A DNA stretch of 64,000 bases, taken from assembly GCA_965200575.1 (NCBI GenBank), contig OZ241363.1, positions 1,320,212 through 1,384,211 of the forward strand, written 5' to 3'. The stretch's first letter is position 1. The number at the start of each line of letters is the position of its first letter. The notes beneath the pieces were generated by a model. That model had not been told where the DNA came from. It made no database searches and worked only from the letters and a program-made list of their open reading frames with translations. This document shows positions 56,026 to 64,000 of this stretch, piece by piece. The position numbers and the translations under genes are program-made. Source of the stretch: Thermoanaerobaculia bacterium. Its GTDB lineage: Bacteria > Acidobacteriota > Thermoanaerobaculia > Multivoradales > Multivoraceae.

Positions 56026-57569
56026 GGGTCGTCACCTGCGCCGAGATGCTCGCCGTGGAGGAGAAGGCGATATCCTGCATCGGCGTGCCGGCGCTGGTCC
56101 TGATGGAGAACGCCGCCCGTGCGGTGGCGGACGCCATCGCCGAGCGCTATCCGGATGCACGCCGAATCGCCATCGCCTGCGGGCGCGGGAGCAACGGCGG
56201 CGACGGTCTGGCTCTTCAGCGAATCCTGGCGGCGCGCGGCCTGGATGCCGAGGCCTTCGTCTCCGGCGACCTCGAGCGGCTCGGCGTCGGCGCGCGACAC
56301 CAGTTCGAGTGCGGCAGACGGCTCGGTCTGCCGATCAGGACGGTCACGGCGCCGCACTCGGACGACCAGGTGAACCGGCGGCACGATCTCTGGGTCGACG
56401 CGCTGCTCGGCACCGGTCTTCGGTCGGCCGTCCACGGTTCGGTGGCCCGCTGGGTGGGCTGGTTCGACCTGAACCGGGGCCGGGCGCCCGTCGTGTCGCT
56501 GGACCTGCCGACGGGCGTCGACGGTTCGACGCCGGTTCCGCCGGGTCCGCACGTGGTCGCCGACCTGACCGTCGCCCTCGGGTTTCCGAAGGTCGCCAAC
56601 GTGCTGCCGCCGTCCGCCGACGCGGGCGGCGAGCTCCTCACGGCCGATCTGGGCGTTCCGCTGCCCGAGCCGACCAGCGGCCCCGATGCGCTGCACCTCG
56701 TGCAGCACGGCGAGCTGGTGGGCGTGCTGCCGCAACGCTCCCGCTCCGCCCACAAGGGCCACTTCGGCCACGTCGTGGTCGCCGGCGGCTCGCTTGGCTA
56801 CAGCGGCGCCGTGATCCTGGCCACCCGCGCGGCGGTCAGAAGCGGCGCCGGCCTGGTCACGGCGGCCGTGCCCGAACCGCTCCTGCCGGTCCTGGAGGCG
56901 TCGTCGCTCGAGTCGATGACGCTGGGGCTGCCGGACACCTCCGGCGGCTGGTCCAAAGCGGCGGCGGATGCTCTCCTCGACGCGATACATCGCAGAGCAT
57001 CCCCCGGCGCCCTGGCGCTTGGTCCCGGTCTGGGCACGAGCGACGAGGCGCGGCATCTGGCCCGGAAGGTCGTGGCTCGCTGCACGGCGCCGACGGTGCT
57101 GGACGCGGACGGCATTTCCGCCTTTGCCGGCGATGCCCTGACCCTCCGCGCCAGGGATGCCGACCTCGTGATCACGCCTCACGTGGGCGAGCTGTCGCGG
57201 CTGCTGGCGGTGTCCACGGCTGCGGTGGCGGAGAAGCCCCTGGACCACGTTCGCCGCGCCGCCGCGCTGACCGGCGCGGTGGTCGTGCTCAAGGGCCGCG
57301 GGACCTTGATCTCGGATCCGGCGCTCGGAACGTGGATCAACAGGACCGGCAATCCCGGCATGGCCAGCGGCGGCAGCGGCGACGTGCTGGCCGGCATGAT
57401 TGCCGCGCTTCTCGCCCAGGGTCTTCCGGCGCCGACGGCAGCGCGTCTGGGCGTTCACGTGCACGGCCTCGCGGGCGACCTGGCGGCAGAGGAGCGAGGC
57501 GAGGTCTCCATGGCCGCCGGGGACCTTCTGACCCACCTCGGCGATGCCTTCGTGTCGCTCGAATCGTGA
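56022..57569 (+). CDS. nnr: Bifunctional NAD(P)H-hydrate repair enzyme (epimerase + ADP-dependent dehydratase)
   Basis: The N-terminal YjeF_N domain (…IACGRGSNGGDGLA…) and the C-terminal carbohydrate-kinase-like domain (…GPGLGT…, …GGSGDVLAGMIAALLAQG…) are present. The GTG start overlaps the upstream stop. Confidence 0.85.
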   Translation: MRVVTCAEMLAVEEKAISCIGVPALVLMENAARAVADAIAERYPDARRIAIACGRGSNGGDGLALQRILAARGLDAEAFVSGDLERLGVGARHQFECGRRLGLPIRTVTAPHSDDQVNRRHDLWVDALLGTGLRSAVHGSVARWVGWFDLNRGRAPVVSLDLPTGVDGSTPVPPGPHVVADLTVALGFPKVANVLPPSADAGGELLTADLGVPLPEPTSGPDALHLVQHGELVGVLPQRSRSAHKGHFGHVVVAGGSLGYSGAVILATRAAVRSGAGLVTAAVPEPLLPVLEASSLESMTLGLPDTSGGWSKAAADALLDAIHRRASPGALALGPGLGTSDEARHLARKVVARCTAPTVLDADGISAFAGDALTLRARDADLVITPHVGELSRLLAVSTAAVAEKPLDHVRRAAALTGAVVVLKGRGTLISDPALGTWINRTGNPGMASGGSGDVLAGMIAALLAQGLPAPTAARLGVHVHGLAGDLAAEERGEVSMAAGDLLTHLGDAFVSLES

Positions 57570-57985
57570 TCGTCCGGACCGCCAGGGCGGAGGAGACGCG
57601 TCGCCTCGGGCGCGACCTGGCGGCCCGCCTGGCGCCGGACGGCACGGCGCTTCTTCACGGCGACCTGGGCTCGGGGAAGACGGTGCTGACGCAGGGCATC
57701 GCGACGGGTCTGGGCCTGGACCAGGCGGTCGTCGTGTCTCCGACCTTCACGCTGATTCACGAGTACGAAGGGGACGGCGTGCGTCTGGTACACGTCGACC
57801 TCTATCGCCTGGCGCCGGAGGAGGTCGAGGGCATCGGCCTGGACGAGTTCCTGGCCGGCGACGGCGTCAAGGTCGTCGAATGGGCGAACCACCTGCCACG
57901 GCCCCTGCCCGGCATCGAGGTGTGGCTGCGTCCCGGCGACGGCTGCACGGCCCGCGAGATCGAGATCCGGGAACCTGCCCGGTAG
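57566..57985 (+). CDS. tsaE: tRNA threonylcarbamoyladenosine biosynthesis ATPase TsaE
   Basis: The P-loop LHGDLGSGKTVLTQGIA and the …VVSPTFTLIHEYE… block are present; length is 139 aa. Confidence 0.8.
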   Translation: MIVRTARAEETRRLGRDLAARLAPDGTALLHGDLGSGKTVLTQGIATGLGLDQAVVVSPTFTLIHEYEGDGVRLVHVDLYRLAPEEVEGIGLDEFLAGDGVKVVEWANHLPRPLPGIEVWLRPGDGCTAREIEIREPAR

Positions 57986-58263
57986 CGGCGTCGCCAGATC
58001 GAAGGGGCCGCTGGGGACGCGGGCGCTCTGGAAGTGGCTTGAGGGTCTGCGCCCGCGGCGGTCGGCTTCGCTGCTGGAGGTTGTGCTTGTCCGGGAGGCT
58101 TTCAAGAGTCGCCCGCCGGCAGCCCTCTGCAGCCCCCTGCGGCCCCGTCGGCCCCGTCGGCCCTGTCGGCTCGCGTCGTGCGCTTCCGAGTGCGGCGGCG
58201 ACGAAGCTGTCGAGTGCTAGGGTTCCCGGTGGGTCTGGAGAGAAAGAAGGAGAAGGTCGGGCG

Positions 58264-59101
58264 ATGGACGTGGGACGGGTTGGCTTGGTGGGTTGCGGCC
58301 TGATGGGTCGCGGCATTGCGGAGATCTGCGCTCGGGCCGGCGTCCCGGTGACCGTGCGCGAGGTCAACCAGGAGGTTCTGGACAAGGGCCTTCAGGCGGT
58401 GCGGGCATCGCTGGCGAAGAGCCTGGAGCGGCGCCGCATCGACGTCGAGGAGCACGACCGGGCGCTGGCGAACCTGAAGGGGACGGTCGACCTGGCCGAC
58501 CTGGCCGGTTCGGATCTCGTGGTCGAGGCGATCGTCGAGGACCTGGAGATCAAGCGGGAGCTGTTCGTGACCCTGGACGGCATCGTCGGAGACGAGACGA
58601 TCTTCGCCAGCAACACGTCGTCGCTGACCCTGACCCAGCTCGCCGCCTCCACGGCCAGGCCGGGCCGCTTCGTCGGCCTGCACTTCTTCAATCCGGTGCC
58701 GGCGATGCGCCTGGTCGAGGTGGTACGGACGCTGATGACCTCCGACGATGCGTTTGACGCCTGCTGGCGCCTGACCGAGCGGATCGGCAAGACGCCGGTC
58801 GCCTGCGGCGACAACTCTGGCTTCATCGTCAACCGGCTGCTGGTGCCGTACCTGCTCGACGCCGTGCGCGCCTGCGAGAACGGCGTCGGCAGCATGGAGG
58901 ACATTGACACGGCGATGAAGCTCGGCTGCGGCTACCCGATGGGCCCGTTCACGCTCTGCGACTTCATCGGCCTGGACACCATGTACTCGGTGGCGAACAT
59001 CATGTTCGACGAGTACCGGGAGCCGAGGTTCGCGCCGCCGCTCCTCCTGAAGCAGCTGGTGCAGGCGGGCCATCTCGGACGAAAGACCGGCAAGGGCTTC
59101 T

Positions 59102-59115
<14 letters not shown>
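58264..59115 (+). CDS. hbd: 3-hydroxybutyryl-CoA (3-hydroxyacyl-CoA) dehydrogenase
   Basis: The Rossmann motif VGLVGCGLMGRGIA and the 3HCDH signature …GFIVNRLLVPYLLDAV… are present. AAGGAG sits upstream. Confidence 0.85.
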
Positions 59116-60100
<985 letters not shown>

Positions 60101-60116
60101 GCCGGGGCGGCCCACG

Positions 60117-62525
60117 ATGACGAACGGCCGGGACGCGGGCCCGCGGACCGCCGGGGCGCCGAGGCGGCTGCTCCGCCGGAATCGGCGCAACGGTCAGCGC
60201 CTTGCCGTTGCCGCGGCTTGGCGTCGGGCGCTCGAGATCGACGCCCTGTGGGTCACGCTCCTGATCCTGGTCGGCGTCTGGGTGATGGCGCCGCCGGGAA
60301 CCCTGCTGCGGACTTCCCTGCAGGAGGGCGCCATCGCGAGCCGCGACTACCTGGCCACCCGGGACGTGCTGGTCCTGGACGAGGTGGCCTCCAGCGAGCT
60401 CGAACGGCGCGCGCGGGCGGGCGTCCGGCCGCTGTACGACATCGACGCGGTGCAGGCGGACGACTTCGGCGAGCGCATCGCGCGGCTGCTCGAGATCGAG
60501 CTGGGGCTGGAGGAGGAGCTGCGCGGGCTTCCTGCCGAGGAGGTCGCGGTGGAGAGGATGCGTCGGCTGCAGGTCGGCAGCGGCCTTCGCGTGGACGAAG
60601 CGCACGCGGACCTGCTGGCGGCTCGCGCCGAGGACGCGGACCAGGCAGCCGAGCTGGAGGAGCGCCTGACCGGGATGGCAACCCAGCTTCTGGAGGAGGG
60701 CATCGTCGGCAACAAGGAGACGCTGCTCCAGAATCGGCTGGAGGGGGTCACGCTGCGCGACCTGCAGACCGGCGAGGAGTCGGTGCAGCTTGACCTCTTC
60801 GGCTATCGCGGCTATCCGCTCGAGGTGGAGGCCTGGCTGGAGGCGGAGGTGGGCCGCTGGGCCGGCTGGTCCCGGGCCGAGCGCGACACCGTGGTCGACT
60901 TCCTGATCGTCAACCTGGCGCCGAACGTCTACCTCAACCTGAACGAGACGCAGGAGCGGCGGAACACGGCGGCCGAGAACGTCGGCCCGGTGTTCAACCA
61001 GGTTCGCGCGGGGCAGGTGATCGTGCGCATGGGCGACGAGGTGGATGCGGAAGCGTTGCGCGTGCTCGGCGAGATGGGCGGCAACCAGAGCCGGGCCAGC
61101 CTGCTGCGCTCGCCCCTCGGGTCGGCGATGGCTTCAGGCTTCGCCGCGACCTTCCTCTGGATCGCGTTTCGGCGCCGGCGCCTGGTCGCGGTCGACGGCG
61201 GAGACTTCGGCGGCGTGGTTCTGCTGCTTGTCCTCGGTCTCTGCGCGGCGCGCGTGGGCTTCCTGATCGCCGATGCCCTGGCCGCGTCGTTCCCCGTCGA
61301 GACCCTGAGCTCCGCCGGCAGCTACGTGTTCGGCATCCCGTTCGCCGGTCTGGCGCTCCTCGTGTCCGTCCTCTACGGTCGCGGCGCCGGTCTGCTTGCC
61401 GGAATTGCCTTCTCTGTCCTGGTCGGCCGGCTGGGCTGGCTGGCGTCGGGCGCCGTGGCAACCGGCCTGGCTGGCGGCACGATGATCTACTGCCTGGTCG
61501 GCAGCCTCGCCGCGGTGCTGGCGCTGGCACGGCTCAAGCAGCGGTCTGCAGTGACCAGGGCCGGCCTCCTGGTGGGCCTCGTCAACGTCGCCTCGGTGAC
61601 CCTGCTGACGCTGCTGGCCCCGAATGACGCCTCGCTTCTGACCTGGGGGCTCGGCGTGCTGTGCGGGTTCCTGGGGGGTTTGATGGTTGCGGCCGCCGTG
61701 AGCTTCGGCGTCCCCGTGTTCGAGGCGGTGCTGTTCCGGACCACGGACATCAAGCTGGTCGAGCTCACCGACACCGAGCAGCCACTGCTCCAGCGTCTGG
61801 CGCTCGAGGCCCCGGGCACGTTCCAGCACTCGGTGATGGTCGGCCAGCTGGCGCGGGCCTGCTGCGAGGCGGTGGGCGGGAACCCGACCCTCGCCTACGT
61901 CGGCGGTCTCTACCACGACATCGGCAAGCTCGTGCGCCCGCACTACTTCGTGGAGAACCAGCGCAAGGGCGTCAATCCGCACGACGACCTCATGCCCGCC
62001 ACGTCCGCCAGGGTCATCCTGGAGCACGTGCACGAGGGCGTGCGGATGGCGCGGGAGCAGGGCCTGCCGCAGCCGATCATCGACGCGATCGAGCAGCACC
62101 ACGGCACCCGTCGGCTGGACTACTTTCTGGCCCGGGCCAGAAGGCGGGCGGGCTCGGAGGAGGAAGTCGACGAGAGTCAGTTCTGCTACTCGGGGCCGAG
62201 GCCGCAGAACAAGACGATGGCCGCCCTGATGCTGGCCGACTCGGTCGAGGCCGCGAGCCGCACCCTGGAGACCTACACCGAGGTCTCGATCGGCAAGCTG
62301 GTCGGACGGCTGTTCCAGGACGCTCTCGAGAACGACCAGCTGAGCAAGACCGACCTGACTCTGGCCGACCTCGACCGGATGCGCGCCACCCTGGAGTCCA
62401 TGCTGCGCACGGTGCATCACCGGCGGATGGACTACCCCGGCTTCGACTTCGACGCCGGCGAGCGCGCGGCAGGGCTGCGGGTGCTTCCCGGCGGCGCCGC
62501 GCCGGCCTCCGGCAGCGGCGATTGA
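60117..62525 (+). CDS. 7TM-receptor-HD phosphohydrolase (7TMR-HDED; B. subtilis YqfF-like)
   Basis: An N-terminal extracytoplasmic domain and ~7 TM helices (aa 320-520) precede a C-terminal HD domain (…FQHSVMVGQLA…YHDIGK…). It holds the conserved position between phoH and ybeY. Confidence 0.8.
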   Translation: MTNGRDAGPRTAGAPRRLLRRNRRNGQRLAVAAAWRRALEIDALWVTLLILVGVWVMAPPGTLLRTSLQEGAIASRDYLATRDVLVLDEVASSELERRARAGVRPLYDIDAVQADDFGERIARLLEIELGLEEELRGLPAEEVAVERMRRLQVGSGLRVDEAHADLLAARAEDADQAAELEERLTGMATQLLEEGIVGNKETLLQNRLEGVTLRDLQTGEESVQLDLFGYRGYPLEVEAWLEAEVGRWAGWSRAERDTVVDFLIVNLAPNVYLNLNETQERRNTAAENVGPVFNQVRAGQVIVRMGDEVDAEALRVLGEMGGNQSRASLLRSPLGSAMASGFAATFLWIAFRRRRLVAVDGGDFGGVVLLLVLGLCAARVGFLIADALAASFPVETLSSAGSYVFGIPFAGLALLVSVLYGRGAGLLAGIAFSVLVGRLGWLASGAVATGLAGGTMIYCLVGSLAAVLALARLKQRSAVTRAGLLVGLVNVASVTLLTLLAPNDASLLTWGLGVLCGFLGGLMVAAAVSFGVPVFEAVLFRTTDIKLVELTDTEQPLLQRLALEAPGTFQHSVMVGQLARACCEAVGGNPTLAYVGGLYHDIGKLVRPHYFVENQRKGVNPHDDLMPATSARVILEHVHEGVRMAREQGLPQPIIDAIEQHHGTRRLDYFLARARRRAGSEEEVDESQFCYSGPRPQNKTMAALMLADSVEAASRTLETYTEVSIGKLVGRLFQDALENDQLSKTDLTLADLDRMRATLESMLRTVHHRRMDYPGFDFDAGERAAGLRVLPGGAAPASGSGD

Positions 62526-62538
62526 CGGCCCCGCCAGC

Positions 62539-63843
62539 TTGACCATCGAGCTGCAGGTGTCGGAGGCGCTCGACGAGCGCTGGCGGGAACGGGCCGCGCA
62601 GCTCGTGCGGGTGGCCGACGCCGCGGTGGGGGAGCTTTCGCCCGATTCGGCGACGCTTTCCGTGCGCCTGGTCGACGACGCGGAGATGCGGGATCTCAAC
62701 CGTCTCTACCGCCAGATCGACAATGCGACGGACGTGCTGTCCTTCCCCGGCGAGGCGACTCCCGAGGGCAGGCACCTCGGTGACGTGGTCATCTCCGCGG
62801 AGACGGCGGCGCAGCAGGCCGGGGGCCTTCCGGAGCGTGAACTGGCGCTGCTGGCGCTGCACGGCATCCTGCACTGCCTGGGCCACGACCACGAGACGGA
62901 CGACGGCGAGATGGAGGCTCTGGAAGGGGAGCTCCGCGAGCGTCTCCTGGATCCGCCGCGGGCCGGCACCGTGGCTCTCCTGGGTCGGCCCAACGCCGGC
63001 AAGTCGACGCTGATGAACCGCATGCTCGGCGAGAAGCTGGCGATCGTCTCGGACAAGCCGCAGACCACCCGACGGCGGCTGATCGGCATCCTGACCGCGG
63101 CACACGGCCAGATGGTGTTCCACGACACGCCGGGCCTTCACCGTCCGCTGCATCGGCTGAACCGGCGCATGGTCCACGCGGCCTCGGCGGCGCTTCGCGA
63201 GGCCGACGTGGTGTGTCTGCTGCGGGACGCGTCGACTCCTTTCGGCCGTGGGGATGCCTGGGCTCTCGACCTGGTGAAGACGGCATGCGGCGAGGGGGAC
63301 CGGCCCGTGCTTTGCGTGCTGAACAAGGTCGACCTGGTCGCCAAGCCGAAGCTCCTGCCCGAGATCGGACGCTACGCCGCCGCCGGCCCGTTTCGGGACG
63401 TGGTGCCGGTGTCGGCGCTCACGGGCGACGGGGTGGACCTGCTGCTGGGCCTGCTCTGGGGCTGCCTGCCGAATGGCGCTCCAAAGCATGATCCCGAGCT
63501 GCTGACGGTCCATACCGAGCGCTTCCTGGTCGCCGAGCTGATTCGCGAGAAGGTGCTGGAGCAGACCCGCGACGAGCTGCCGTTTACCACCGCGGTTGTC
63601 ATCGAGGCGTGGGAAGAGGGCCGTGGCCGCACCGACGTTCTGGCCAGCATCCTGGTGGATCGGGAGAGCCACAAGCGAATCGTGGTGGGTCGCGGTGGGC
63701 GGCGGGTCCGGGAGATCGGCACCGCGGCGCGGCTCGACCTGGAGCGCTTTCTCGAACGCAGGGTGTACCTGGAACTGCGGGTGCGGAGCGCGCCCGGCTG
63801 GCGCGAGGACGCCGCGATCCTGGGCCGACTGGAGACTGGCTAG
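62539..63843 (+). CDS. Fused rRNA maturation RNase YbeY (N-terminus) + GTPase Era (C-terminus)
   Basis: Residues 1-~140 carry the YbeY metal site HGILHCLGHDHE. Residues ~145-434 carry the Era G1 GRPNAGKSTL, G3 DTPG, G4 NKVD and a C-terminal KH domain (…VRSAPGWRED…). It is one uninterrupted frame with a TTG start. Confidence 0.8.
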   Translation: MTIELQVSEALDERWRERAAQLVRVADAAVGELSPDSATLSVRLVDDAEMRDLNRLYRQIDNATDVLSFPGEATPEGRHLGDVVISAETAAQQAGGLPERELALLALHGILHCLGHDHETDDGEMEALEGELRERLLDPPRAGTVALLGRPNAGKSTLMNRMLGEKLAIVSDKPQTTRRRLIGILTAAHGQMVFHDTPGLHRPLHRLNRRMVHAASAALREADVVCLLRDASTPFGRGDAWALDLVKTACGEGDRPVLCVLNKVDLVAKPKLLPEIGRYAAAGPFRDVVPVSALTGDGVDLLLGLLWGCLPNGAPKHDPELLTVHTERFLVAELIREKVLEQTRDELPFTTAVVIEAWEEGRGRTDVLASILVDRESHKRIVVGRGGRRVREIGTAARLDLERFLERRVYLELRVRSAPGWREDAAILGRLETG

Positions 63844-64000
63844 CGCCGACTGGCCGGCGCCGCCAGGTCCGAGGGCCGCAGGGACGCGGGCGCACCGGAC
63901 CTCGTTTGGGGGCTGGCGCCCGCTGCGGTCGGCTGCGCTGTCGTGCCTGTCCGCAGGACTGTCGACAGTCGCTTGCCGACAGCCCACTTCGGCCCCTCGG

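Noticed and set aside
58100-58180. Short GC-rich imperfect tandem (GGCCCCGTC x3) in the tsaE-hbd intergenic region
   Set aside because: It is too short and degenerate to interpret and probably simple sequence slippage; no hairpin or terminator structure is evident.

Overview
This is a 64-kb window of very GC-rich bacterial DNA (about 70% GC by eye), so long ORFs appear in all six frames and many of the longest ones in the track are antisense artefacts. The gene content (an Acidobacteria-type VWA protein, many PQQ quinoproteins, DUF1800/DUF1501, and a phoH / yqfF-like / ybeY-era cluster) suggests an Acidobacteriota- or Gemmatimonadota-like soil or marine bacterium.

The right third (46-64 kb) is a housekeeping block, all on the + strand and often translationally coupled: cinA, plsY, gpsA, guaA, lgt, thiD, a VWA protein, a holin-like/small-membrane/DUF2064 trio, nnr, tsaE, hbd, phoH, a 7TM-HD protein and a fused YbeY-Era.

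The left two thirds look accessory. They hold five PQQ-dependent dehydrogenase loci (two type-II quinohemoprotein ADHs, one type-I fragment, one glucose-DH-like gene plus a decayed paralog) and a PQQ-like beta-propeller. There is also a tRNA-Thr, an MFS transporter, a single-chain 1156-aa biotin carboxylase-BCCP-carboxyltransferase, and a translationally coupled metallophosphoesterase + 1100-aa membrane-anchored SMC-like ATPase pair (YhaO/YhaN-like). Further along are a secreted YHS-like protein, a CRTAC1 / TPR / giant LTD-EEP extracellular nuclease block, an aldo-keto reductase, a truncated AAA-ATPase gene remnant, a DUF1800/DUF1501 pair and a secreted triple-HhH ComEA-like protein. The window also contains an frc-oxc (oxalate) operon with an MBL hydrolase, cytochrome c' and small membrane proteins, divergent from a PQQ-DH / amidohydrolase x2 / Rieske operon.

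The most unusual features are (1) a CRISPR-like mini-array next to the ATPase remnant, with no cas genes in the window, (2) the YhaO/YhaN-like pair, and (3) the nuclease's unrecognised tandem Cys-containing C-terminal domains.

All coordinates are 1-based and derived from the supplied ORF track by in-frame start refinement; expect +/-1-3 nt uncertainty on starts.
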